DNA of 64,000 nt, taken from the NCBI GenBank assembly GCA_008632985.1, contig QPGO01000049.1, positions 310,001 through 374,000 on the forward strand, in the 5' to 3' direction. Position 1 is the first letter of the stretch, and each line of letters begins with the position of its first letter. Under the pieces are notes generated by a model, which was not told the DNA's origin, ran no database searches, and was given only the letters and a program-made list of their open reading frames with translations. The position numbers were made by a program, and so were the translations under genes. Below are positions 10,201-21,759 of this stretch, one piece after another. The stretch comes from Psammoneis japonica. Taxonomy: Eukaryota.

Positions 10201-13200
10201 ACAAAAAGTAAAAGCACCGCAAGTCCCGCCAGTGTCTTGTTCCAGAGTTGGGTGTGCACATGTGCAAAAAAACACCCATTTTTGCATGAAGTGCATGGCC
10301 TGAAATTGTGGCAGAAATTTTCCAATGTTGAGGCTTGGGTGCATGCAGAAATGTCTTTTGCACTCCTGAATCAACCTTTCTGAGGATCATGTTTTTTGGT
10401 TTTTCAGCTCCAGGGCCCTGGCACCGGCAAATGGTGCCACAAGATGAGCGCTCAATTTTCCTCTGAGTGGTTCATGTTTGCAACAAGAACATGCTCCCAT
10501 TGCAACCAAACTCATGCCAAGAATGCAATGGCCACAGCACCAGAATCTGTTAAAATTTTGCTTGCACAAGTGAAAACTGTGTGCAACAACTGCCCCTCAC
10601 TCATGCAACTGCATCAACTGCGTGTGATGTGCATTTTCTTGGGTTTGTTGATGTTGTTACATCAGTGCAATCATGGGGCAAGGCCTGCACAATTTGTGTT
10701 TTTTGTTCATGTGTTGGGTTGGGGATCACACAATGGTTTCAGCAACACAATTGTCAAGTCACAAATTGTGTGATGAGTGAATTGCAAAAAAATGCAGTGA
10801 TCAACTTTGGACCCTTTCCTGCTGCTTTCTTGCAATCAATGACTGAAATCTTGCACCAGTCAATTGTTGGAAAACAATGCAAGTGATGAAGGAGAAAAGA
10901 AATGTTTTGAGCAGCAAATTGGGAGCAAAGTGAGGCTCATTGTTGCTCCTGAAAGCTGTGGTCATTGTGGTGCAGTGCAAAAGTGTGACACAGACTGCAA
11001 CTGCTGTTTTTCATTGCAGACAGATTGTGTGTTGACTGTGTTGAACAATGTGGCCCTCATGATGCAATTCAATTGAGCATGAGGTTGAAAAAAGGGGGCC
11101 ATCATGGCTGCCACAGATCACAACTTTTTTGTTTTTCTTTGTTCGTGTTTGTTTTGTGTGCAGACACAAATGCAGTGTTTTTAACGCAAACAATCATGCA
11201 ATGAACACATCACAAAACATTTGTTTTTGTGCAAAAAATGGACATGTGCACACCACCCAAGTCTGGAACAAGTCCAGCGGATCACCAACTCAGCAGAGGA
11301 GACTGGTCTCTTCTGCAAAAGGCCCAGCAGGTGCACAAAAATGACAAACATTCATGCTGCTGCTGTGCAGTGCAGCAGATTTGTGCCTCCTGGCAGGTTC
11401 AAGTGATGATTGCATCAATGCTTGCTTTCAAATTGTGCTGTGTTGCAACAACAAAAATGGCCAAAGACAATGGGAGCACACAGAGCATGGCACAGCATGA
11501 GACAGAAAAAGAGAAGAGTGGCGCTTTCTGTTTGACAGAAGCTGAAGGCAAATGGCAAGAATTCAAACAACAACTCCTTGCTGCTGTCTAAACAGCAGAT
11601 GAGTCTCCACTCAGAGACCGTCACAGGAGCCGAAAGACGTGTAAGTCGGCATAATCGGGCTACTGTCATTGTTCTTGTGAGCCTTGTGGCTCGAAAGCAA
11701 ACTACATCGCGCGCGAACGCGCGGAACTAAAGCACACAAAACTGTGCGCGGTAAACTAAACAGCGCGCGACATTTCGCGCGCACCTAAATCCTGTTCAAA
11801 TCCTGTCACTGTTCTCTTTTGTAAATCTTGCATCAAGCACACCTCAAAATCATCTGTTGCATGCCAGCACTAAAACCCATGCCAATTCTGCATGACAATC
11901 TCAATGTGTCACTGTGACCCCCCACTTCCCCTTTTGCACTTGGAAGCTTGAGTCAGAACACAAGATCAGTTCGTGCGTGCCCAATGGACATGAGCAAATG
12001 CCATGCACAGCAAAACTTAACTGTCATGACTGGGAGCTCTGGTCTTGGCTTTCACCACATGTCAAACTTGGCAAGTTTGAGCAATCTCTCAAACTTGCAA
12101 GATTGCTCAAACATTGCAAGATTGCTCAAACTTGCACAACTTTGAGCCAGCTGTTTTCAATGTTGACATTTGAAAACATTGCAACATCAGTTGTGTTTTC
12201 CATGGATGAGCCAACAAGACAAAAAAACAGCCCCAGCCAACAACCAACAATGCTGCATGACCACCCATGGCAGCATCAAATTACAATCTTGTGACAACAA
12301 AAATGACACCATTGCAACCCCCACATTTTGCTCAGCGAGGTGGTGTCATTTCTTGTTTTGTCAGTGCAACAAACACAGACTCATGGGATGATTTTAGCAA
12401 CTTTCAACTGGAAATTTCTTGAACCCTTGTCTTGAGGCATTTTGACTCCCTTCTCTCAGCAATCAATCAAAACAGAAATGATGCCATCAAATCCTCTGCA
12501 TGCACATCAGCTGATGAGATTTTTTCTGTGTCACAAGAACCTGCTTTGGTGACCTCATGCATCAAGTTTCTGTGATGGACCAAGACTTGCAACATCTTCT
12601 GAATGCAATGTGTTCATTTTTGCAAGCACCACTTCATGCACAACCATGTCCTTCACCAAATGTGTCACACTTCCTTCATGTCATTGACTGGCTCAACTTT
12701 TACAATCTCAAAGCTGAAAGAAGTTGTCAAAAATGACAAACAAACTGCTGTGGCAACTTGTGAAAAAAAAAGCAAGTCCAGGCAATGTTGTGCATCATGT
12801 GCAGATGGATTGAACAACAGCCAGGGGCTTGAATCTAAGAATCCTCCAACCAGCGGACAACCAGACTGAAATCTGCACAAAGAAATGTGAGGGCAAGCAC
12901 ACAAATTTCCTTGTTGTGTTTTTGTGCAGTGAGGTTGCCTGCATTTGCTGCAACACTGCCTCTGTTGTGGCATTGCAAGCATGGCTCCCTTTTTGTGTTG
13001 TCTCATGACCTGAAAACAGCAGCTTTGTCTCTGTCTCTGTTCCTGAGTGTTGATGAACTAGATTCAAAAAGGCACCCTGAGTTTCAAAAACATTCAGTTG
13101 TCAGTGGCTGGATGTGTGCACACAATGGAAATACAAAAAGGCCCTTTTCCCAGCAACATTGCACCTTCTGTTTGTCCTGCTTCATGCCATGTGGTTTTGA

Positions 13201-16125
13201 GCCACTGCCCCATGCTCAATGCTCACCAAACAAACTGAGTTCCACTCAGTCAACATGCTGGCTAGCCAACAAATTTCTGTTGGCTTGCCTCTCAAGTTTT
13301 GACTGCAATGCAGCTTGCCATCACCATTGTTGTTGGAAGAGCCGGCCTCTTTTTTGTCAAAAGCAAATTTGTCACAGTTTTCAGAAATGGGGCTGGAGGC
13401 TTTTGCTCTGTGTTGCTGTTCTTGAGGCAAGAGAAGGGGACTTCAAAGCTTGGAGGAGCACTGTCACCTGAGTCAAAGACATGGTGCCACTCATTGTTGG
13501 AGATGCCCAATTTGTCAGCCTCAGCTTCCAACTTTTGAGCAGATGTGCCAGCAAACACTTGCAGGAGCTTTTGCAGGGGTGTCTTGCTTGAGCCAACAAA
13601 TGAGCACACTGGAGCTCATTTTACCCCAAGAGATGACTCGGTGTCCTTGGAAATGGCACCGCAACAATGAAGAGTTGCTGTTGTGGGGGGATGTTGGAGG
13701 GCTTGGATCCCTTGGGTGGGGGCTCAGCTGCAGTCAAAGCCACAGCTCTGGCTGTTTCTTGGAAGTGCAGTGGGCTTGCCAGCATGGACTTCATTTCAGT
13801 TTGCACCACCAGCAAGCAAAGAAGCCACCAGCTCCATTTGCCACACCCAGCTCCAACACCTCTTAACTCCATTGCTGATTTTCTCAGTTGATGCAGGTGG
13901 TCAACACTGTGCAGATCTGTGCACGGTGTGGGCAGCTCAAATTGGATCACACACATGGAGATCGTGGTGGGAACTGTGGGAGAGACACAACAAACAAGTT
14001 CACGGACATGACTTGGATTCTCTTGATCATCTTCACAAAGACGCATGGCAGAAGCCAAGCTCACTGCCATTTACAACAAGAGGCAAGAACATCTTGCAAA
14101 GGACACAAAGCGGATCTTGTGGATTCCCTGGAGGATCATTTGTCACACAGCACGTTGCAGATCATGAACTGGGTGTCAATGATCAAACCCCGCCTCGAAG
14201 CCAGCACAAAAGAAGAAAGGTGCCTCGCACTTCGTGGCACCCGTTCCATCGCCAGTTGTTTTGGAAGGGCATCACCATCCGGTGCTGATGCCCCAGCTGG
14301 CCAGTTCCTTGTCCCCTTCTGCTGCACTGGCTGCACTGGAAGTGTGGGTTAGCCATCATCAACACAGCTGACAATGGAGTGACTGTGGCAATGCCAACAG
14401 GGCACCTGTTCAGCAACTCTTTGGTTGACCTTGACAGTTGGCTCCAGCCAAAAGTTTTGGACCCAGTGTGCAGCTCTTTGAGAAGAACATGGATGTCAGG
14501 CTTCTTTGTGCTGAGGACAGTTGGCAAAGGCTTGGCAGCTGTCTTGAAAATGCTGTCGTCTTCTTTGGCTGCTGCAGCCAAGCAGGGCACTGCATGCCAG
14601 AGCAGGAGATTTGGCAAAGTTGCCTGCTGGAGGGTTGTTTTGAGCATCAAAGAGAGGCTGGATGGCAGCAGGCAGCAGGGATGGCAGCTGCAACAGTGCT
14701 GGCAGCAATCTGATTGGCACCCATTGCATCATTTTGGCGCGCACAAGCTCTGGTTTCTGCAGAAATTTTGAACTGAGTCAGGTCTCCATGGTGAAAAGGA
14801 AGAGCGCCAGTTTATGGCATTTTCCAAAGCCCAAATTGTGAGAGTGAAAACTGGACTTTTTGACACCCAACAACAAAAGAGAAAAACAAAAAGTGACCCT
14901 TGTGTGCACTGGAGTCTACACAGATGAACATGCACCAAAGAAATGTCCAAAACAAGAAATTGTTAATTGCACAAAAGATCCATTTTTGATTTGAACTTGG
15001 AACTCTTGTGTGAGATCGGTTGTTTTAATCTGTGTTTGATTCAGACATTGATTGTGGTCATTGCAGCAGTCTTCATGTCTCATGGCTTGATGCATGCTGA
15101 CACATGAACGCATGGCTTGCATGTAAAAAAAAACAAACAGTGGCCAAGCTGCAAGAAATCAAAGGAAACTAATCTGCAGAGTCAGCAACAATGCACACTG
15201 ACAGCTGGCCACTCCAGCTAAATCCAAGTCTTGTGTTCTGGCAGCCAGAAGCCAAGGCTGCCACAAAAACAATGCATTTTCAAACAGAGTCAAGCAGTTC
15301 AGACAAGGCAAAGACATCTCTCTCTGCATGGGAGAGGTTTTGTGGCTGCACCCAAAGTCAAAAGGCAAGTCAGGGTTGCAGGAGGCTAAATCAAACTCAA
15401 AGAATTAGATGGAGCAGAAACAACAAGGCAATGATTGAGAGAGAAGAAGCATCTTGGCAGATGCTTGTGATTCTCATGTCAGCAGCAGACAAGAAGACCA
15501 CACTTCTGACAAGAGGGGGCAGCTTGTTTTCTCAACAACATGGGCTTTAACAATCAAGATGGTTGCTTCTGTCGAGTTCAGCAGAGTTTAAATTGCTTTC
15601 TTCACGCTCCTTGTGTCATGATGGCCTGAGCACAGCATCAAAAGTGTTGATGAGCCTGCAGATGCTTCCAAGCACGTTTGACTGTTTTCCGTGGAATAAT
15701 TTTCAAACATGCCAAATGAAATGTTTGTGGACTGCTTGGACTTCAACATTGCTGATTTTGGGAAGCTTGCACGGGATAAATCAATCTCGAGTCACCGAAT
15801 TTAACCTAGACAGAGCCGAGTGCTGACAGAGAATAGATCGTGGTGTTCGCGAATGATGGACATTTAAAATGATGGTAGTGTAGTGCCAAATTTTTCGAGT
15901 ATTTTTCGCAACTCTAGTGTCTAGCAGCAGTGGAATTGGGTGTCAGAAAGTGTATCGTGTCAGCATTTTCTTCTCTTTCTCAACTGAATCTTTCTCTCTC
16001 TCTCTCTCTTTTCGATTTTCCTCAACATCTTTCCGCTTTGGGCTTCATTCGCATTGAACATGTCATCCTCTCCCAATTCATTGACTAGACTCACCGCCTT
16101 TCTTCCCCTTGGCCATTCTCTGCAG

Positions 16126-18354
16126 CTATACGCCAGTTGTAACCGCCAACGCCCGGACGCTATGAACAACCCTACCCTTGGTGTTCAGCACCACCTCTAT
16201 TACGTCGGATTCTCGCGAAATGCTTCTAATGTCATCTTGATTCGCCGTTGCTGCATCGGGATTCTGGAGAGGTACGTCTATTGTCGCGTTCCGTGAAAAG
16301 AATAGAGTCTCTTTGTTGCCTCCTTTGTAAAGTGCCACCACCTTCACGAGTGAGTCTATTCCTTCCTTGGAAGCAACTTTTGGCTTTTTGAAATCTCCTT
16401 CAACCTGAGAACGACGAAAAGGCCCAGACGACAAACGTTCCTGTTTCTGCTTGAACACTGTCTTACCGTTTCGCCTGATTTTTGGTCGTATCTTCACAAG
16501 GAGTGGTTCTGCAATGTACACATAGTCTGCCTTTTCGTTGTCGAGGGCCTCCTGCGCATCGGCAGGGATGGCTAAGAGCGGTTCAACTTCGTAGTTGGCA
16601 GGACCATAACGCTGATAATCTTTCTTGCAATAGTTGAACAAATATCCTGGAGATGTATCGAAGACTTGGCAGTACGAGGGCATAGTGTTCGTCAAGAACT
16701 GATAGGTACAGCAAGTGAAACGCATATTCACAGCTCCCACAGGTAGGGAAAGTATATCCATGAAAGATTTTGATCCCACATAGAAATTGCCATTTCTACA
16801 CCCAGGTTGACATGTCACTGGTTCATATGGAGCTGGAGTATTCTTCCGTCCAACCAAATCTTTCCACTTGCCGCAACCATCGCCGAGGTCACAGTTTGCG
16901 TCTTTGTCGGTTCCGGATCCATAGGAGTACTCATCAGCAAGTTTAAACAACGAGTGACCAAGCTCATGAACAGCCACCAACGGGGCTGCAGGATGCACCG
17001 AGACCGTTGCAACGTTGGAAAAAGTGTAACCAGCTCCGCCGTATGCCCTAGAGTTGTCTATGACGATCGTCTGAAGGTTAGACCCGATTGGAGCACATTT
17101 ACTTGATAGCCTGTGCGCGCGTTCAATGTCGCAGCACAACAAACGGTCGATCCCTGCACAGCCCCCTTGACAATATGAAGGACCCAGTTCGTCGGGATCA
17201 ACTCGAAAGACATTCAGCTCATCGATTTCATCGGAAAACATGCGGTAATTCTTGAAGGAATTGTACGTCGTGTTAACCTGGACTTTCCAGTCTTCATAGC
17301 TCGCCGTATCGAATGCGGATGGGACGAAGACAAGGTTAACCTTGTTCTTGTTGAAGGGTGTTCCGTAATTATGTTTGACTGGATGGCATTCTGATGATGC
17401 CATACAGGCACCATTTCTGCATGCTCCCGACATACATTCATAGTTTTCCGAACACACCATACCTGTTGCGAGACTTCCTGCTGCACAGGAACCGCATTGC
17501 AAATCCTCACATAAAATTAGAGACAGGGGCTCACTGAAGCAACCGTTCTTCATACATTTGTGACACAAACTTTCTTCTGCTTTACCTGCTTGTGCATCTT
17601 TAGGCTGAGCCGCTGACTGAAGTAACGCTCTAGTCGGTTTGGCAGTCGGCGAAGTCGATGGTTGCAACGTCGGTGCTTGTGTCGTTGGAGAGGAAGTCGG
17701 TGAATTCGATGGTAACGTTCGAGGAGGCGTTGGTGGCATTGTCAGAGGAAACATTGGTGCGGCTGTCGGAGTTTTTGTCGGAGACCTTGTCGGGTGGGAA
17801 GTCAGTCGTAGTGTCGGCGGAACAGAAGGACTGCTTGTTGGAGTTGACGTTGGTCGCGCTGTCGGAGGACTTGATGGTGTCGAAGTCGGATCCTTTGTGA
17901 AAAGAGAGGTTGTCGGTGAATTTGATGGGGTCATCGTTGGGGGAGGCGTTGATGCGGCTGTCGGAGTTTCTGTCAAAACCGTCGGAGAATGAGTTGGCTT
18001 TGGTGTTGGCTGGTCGGTCGGGTCCAATGTTGGGGTTGGATTTTCTGTGGGGCTTCTCACAGGCTCCACTGTGGGGGCACTGGTTGGAGGCCTTGTTCGT
18101 GTCGCTCCATCAGTGTCTGCAGGCTCTGCTGCAGCAGCCTTGGCTGCTCCAGTCGCGGCGGTAGTAGCTGCAGCATGGTCTCTAGCGCTAGCGGCAGTGT
18201 CTTCGGTAGCAGCGTCGCCTTTATTAGCCGCTCCAGCAGCTTTGGCAGGTGCTGCGTCTGCGGCCTTCGCAGCTGCAGCAGCTGCATTAGCGGGTGCTAC
18301 TGCAACAATCAGCCAAACAATTGCACATCGAATGAGAAAGGAGCTGGTGCTCAT
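16126..18354 (-). CDS. Secreted zinc metallopeptidase, M64 (IgA peptidase)-like, with Ala-rich and PT/PS-rich stalk and Cys-rich module
   Basis: Likely start MSTSSFLIRCAIVWLIVAVAPANA (ATG 18354); YGGAG and VHELGHSLFKLADEY (HExxH...DEY) motifs; mucin-like PTxxPT repeats. Confidence 0.8.
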   Translation of the reverse strand: MSTSSFLIRCAIVWLIVAVAPANAAAAAAKAADAAPAKAAGAANKGDAATEDTAASARDHAAATTAATGAAKAAAAEPADTDGATRTRPPTSAPTVEPVRSPTENPTPTLDPTDQPTPKPTHSPTVLTETPTAASTPPPTMTPSNSPTTSLFTKDPTSTPSSPPTARPTSTPTSSPSVPPTLRLTSHPTRSPTKTPTAAPMFPLTMPPTPPRTLPSNSPTSSPTTQAPTLQPSTSPTAKPTRALLQSAAQPKDAQAGKAEESLCHKCMKNGCFSEPLSLILCEDLQCGSCAAGSLATGMVCSENYECMSGACRNGACMASSECHPVKHNYGTPFNKNKVNLVFVPSAFDTASYEDWKVQVNTTYNSFKNYRMFSDEIDELNVFRVDPDELGPSYCQGGCAGIDRLLCCDIERAHRLSSKCAPIGSNLQTIVIDNSRAYGGAGYTFSNVATVSVHPAAPLVAVHELGHSLFKLADEYSYGSGTDKDANCDLGDGCGKWKDLVGRKNTPAPYEPVTCQPGCRNGNFYVGSKSFMDILSLPVGAVNMRFTCCTYQFLTNTMPSYCQVFDTSPGYLFNYCKKDYQRYGPANYEVEPLLAIPADAQEALDNEKADYVYIAEPLLVKIRPKIRRNGKTVFKQKQERLSSGPFRRSQVEGDFKKPKVASKEGIDSLVKVVALYKGGNKETLFFSRNATIDVPLQNPDAATANQDDIRSISRESDVIEVVLNTKGRVVHSVRALAVTTGV

Positions 18355-20139
18355 TCTAGCGAAAACCAATTGTATACCGTGTATGAGCCAGAACCAGAAA
18401 AAGTTTCTACTTGCGACTCTCGTCGTGCCATTAATGTGTGCGAGCTTTGCTGTTGCTATTAGCAACAGTGCTGTAGCAAGGGCAAAAAATGATTTGATAC
18501 GATTCTGAATAAAATGTGACGTGCCTGTCTGATGGTCATTTTGAAACACTCTGCAGCACCTGTACCGGTACCGGTACATACTGTACCGGGTAAATTACAC
18601 TGTTTCAGCCAAGGATTTAAGCCCCATTTATGTCACAGTAGAAACAGAAACAATTATTTATTTGGGGGGTTTGGCGGTTTTCTCAATGGTGTCGGGCGCC
18701 GCCCCGGAATTTGAACCAAGGCATTGGAAGTCCTGGGGTGACAGCACATCATCTCAACATGGAGATGTCATCCTTTTGGGGGTGGCGCAGCACCTGCAAA
18801 GGGACAAATCCAGAGACTTGCTCCTTGTTCCCTTGCTCTTGTGCTCTGTGCTGCAATGAGAAGACACACTGCACCCTGCCTGTTGCAGAGAAGGAGCAGG
18901 GCCCCGTGTCTGAAACTTTCACCTGAACATCTGCTTGAGCCGCTGACCAGCCTAACCTTCACAGCATTGTTGAGATTGAACAGACAGACATCAGTTTGGC
19001 AGTCAAAAATGGGCGGCAGAAAGTTGGCATTTTTGGTTGTGCTGTCTTTGTTCCAGCATCTTCAAAAGGTGGCAAGACTCTGTGTTTGCGTTGCCCATTT
19101 TGAACCTTCGATGTTCAAACTTGACATGTCATGACTCACAGCTTTTGTCACCCTTTGTTCACTAAAACAATGCCAAAAAGCTGCCACAGTGGGAGCGCCT
19201 GCTGCTGCACCAGTCTGCCCACTTTTTCCAACATTCTGAAAGAGTGTTTTGTGCAAAGTGGTGTGCTGCTGCTGTGCTCTCCTCCAGTGGCTGCAATGAT
19301 GAGGAGGGCGGCATGGCAGCACAGCTCAAACAAAAAGAAACACTGACAGCGCTGCAGGAAAGGCTCTGTTGACAGCAGCAGCTTCTCTCAAGAGGTGCAT
19401 GATGAGACAGCCAATGAAAATGATTTTTGAGCTGAGCACACAACAAACTGTGCAGCACCACAATCTGGGAAAAGAAGCACCGCATGCACCATCGCTGAGC
19501 CAAGAGCTGGCAGTGAGACAACAAACAAAGAAGAGGGGCACTGCTGGCCCAGTTTTTGGCTCACTTCAAGCTGGAAGAATGGAGAGCACAACGTTTGACA
19601 GCACAACGTTTGAGAGCTTTGGCGGGAGCATGCTGGCACATGTTTTCATTGCAGCCAGCATCGCAGCATCAACATCATCCAGAGGCCAGGAGCCTGCCAC
19701 GCCACTGTTGCACTGCCATCTCCAAGGCTTGGGCATGTTTGGTTTTTTGCCCCCAGGATGCGTTGACCCTCATCTGCCTTGTCCCTGAACCTTGGGCCAC
19801 ATTGTCGCCCCCCCCCCCCCCCCTCTTTTACCTGAAAAATTTTGTGGCGAGTCGTCCTCGAACATGTCAACGGTTCAGACACGTCAAGCGACGGACAGAC
19901 GTTTCTTCTTAGCTCATCTCGACACAGCTTGCCGACACATGCTGTAAACGGCAGGACCTAAGAATTGCGTAATTTACTCGCCTCCAATGATCTCTAATCT
20001 AGCTACCACTAGCAGAGAGGGGCCTACGACACACCATCGTAACCTTGCATTTGACACGCGCTACCCACCCTCTACGGTGCTATACTCTAGAGTCTTTCCA
20101 GTGGTCAAATCTGCATGTGCCTGTTTTTCATCTGGTTCT

Positions 20140-21759
20140 TCAGTATCCAATGTCCGTCATAACCCGCTTACCCCTTGTATCATACTTTTTGCTGCTATTT
20201 CGAGAACGGAATGCATTCTTCCTTCCACCCTTTTTCTTACGTTCATCCAACTGTCGTCGAACCCGTTCCCGTGCCTTTTCTTCCGCTTCAAGCCTTTGTT
20301 GCTCCTTGAGCAAATCATCATCATCAATGGCTACAACCTTCACTTGGTCCTCGTCATTTTCTGACAACGACTCATCGTCCTCCACACAACCGGTTTCCTC
20401 AGGCAGGGACTCTCCTTCTACATGCGACGCCACATCATGTTCGTGGTCACTTTCCTCATCTTGAACCACATCCAAGCCATGCGACTGATCTCGTTCATAA
20501 TAATACAGCTCCATATCTCGGTTCGAGTCTTCTGTCGAAAAACCACTCGCTTGGAGCTCTTGGTCAAGACGCAGCTGTGCTCGCGACGCAATCGCGTCGT
20601 CGTCGCCGCCATTGTCGGCAAAATCCACAATATCGTCCCACTTTGGAACTAATTCATCCCATCCATCCTCGGGAAGACAACGAAGCTTGGATACAAAAAA
20701 CTTTATGAGACACTGCAAATCTCGTTCGTACAATTCCTTGGCGTTTGGGTGCCTCGTGCTGACCATTTGTGGAAAATCAATCAGAGTCACAATCGGCTTG
20801 GGTTCACCGCTGTCCAACAATTCCGCTGGCTCGGGAGGAGCTTCGGTTATAATTTCTCCCGTGCCGTCAATATGATGCTTTTGCAAAGCGCTGTGCGAAC
20901 TCAGTGCACCCTTGGATGCCACCGACAAACCCGAGTGACGGACATAGTGTTCCGCCACGTCATTGTCATCGGCAATAGCACTCTGAATTCCAGAAAGATC
21001 CACCATTAAATTGAATTCATTGAGATCGCAATGCACCAGACCGTGTTTGGCAAGTCGTGTCGCCAACTCGGTGCTTTGTTGAAAAATGCTCTCGGCTTGG
21101 GCGGCAGACACGCGGTTGGCGTGAATCTGATACAACGGCATGCCTCGTACGAGACTCATTACGACAATGTGCCGATTGTGCCCAATCGGATCAGGAGTAG
21201 GATAGTCCACCTGATTGAGGGCCTTCATGAATGCAAATTCCTTGAGAGCCGAAACTCGACTGAGAAACAACCACGAGTTTGGCTGTTGCCGAAAGACGGC
21301 GCCTCGTTTTTTGTTCTTGGACACGGCGTTCACCATGAAATAGTCTCGTTTCTTCTTGACATCACGAAAGGACGTTCTACCCAGTCGATGGAATTTCAAC
21401 ACAATTTGCTTTCCATCCTTGTTGGCAGCGAGATAGACGTCACTTTCTTTACCCGTTCCGATCCGATCTCCCAGAGCAGAAATAATCCCACGCGTCTTGA
21501 GATTGTGTAATGCCAAAATGTCGTATCCCGAATTCGTCAAGCGATACCCATCATAACCGCAACTGCGGTCATGACTGAGCAATTTGTCACGCAACAAGGA
21601 CGACAAGAGTCGACCGGTACCTCCGTGTCGTAGATTGGCAATGGACGCAATGAGCGGTGCGGGAACAAGTGCGTGATTCCGCATGCCGGTTTCGACGGCT
21701 GCCAAGACACGAAAGTCTTGACGACCCATGGTCCTCATGACGGTGGGATCGAGTTTCAT
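20140..21759 (-). CDS. RIO2: Serine/threonine kinase RIO2 (40S ribosome biogenesis)
   Basis: MKLD start; winged-helix N-terminus (GMRNHALVP, YDGYRLTNSGYDILAL); IGTGKESDVY, KFHRLGRTSFR, HCDLNEFN and IDFPQMVS motifs. Confidence 0.95.
   Translation of the reverse strand: MKLDPTVMRTMGRQDFRVLAAVETGMRNHALVPAPLIASIANLRHGGTGRLLSSLLRDKLLSHDRSCGYDGYRLTNSGYDILALHNLKTRGIISALGDRIGTGKESDVYLAANKDGKQIVLKFHRLGRTSFRDVKKKRDYFMVNAVSKNKKRGAVFRQQPNSWLFLSRVSALKEFAFMKALNQVDYPTPDPIGHNRHIVVMSLVRGMPLYQIHANRVSAAQAESIFQQSTELATRLAKHGLVHCDLNEFNLMVDLSGIQSAIADDNDVAEHYVRHSGLSVASKGALSSHSALQKHHIDGTGEIITEAPPEPAELLDSGEPKPIVTLIDFPQMVSTRHPNAKELYERDLQCLIKFFVSKLRCLPEDGWDELVPKWDDIVDFADNGGDDDAIASRAQLRLDQELQASGFSTEDSNRDMELYYYERDQSHGLDVVQDEESDHEHDVASHVEGESLPEETGCVEDDESLSENDEDQVKVVAIDDDDLLKEQQRLEAEEKARERVRRQLDERKKKGGRKNAFRSRNSSKKYDTRGKRVMTDIGY

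Noticed and set aside
8200..15780. Classical fungal RIP or CpG decay alone as the explanation
   Set aside because: RIP raises TpA and AT content, and CpG decay does not remove TpA; here TpA is lost.
18355..18579. N-terminal extensions of the ORF-track calls for the peptidase (and likewise RIO2, 21760-21954)
   Set aside because: Downstream ATGs give a signal peptide (18354) or the conserved RIO2 start (21759); the extensions look like UTR or promoter sequence.
19807..19823. Poly-C run at a domain border
   Set aside because: A homopolymer seen at only one border; no evidence of function.
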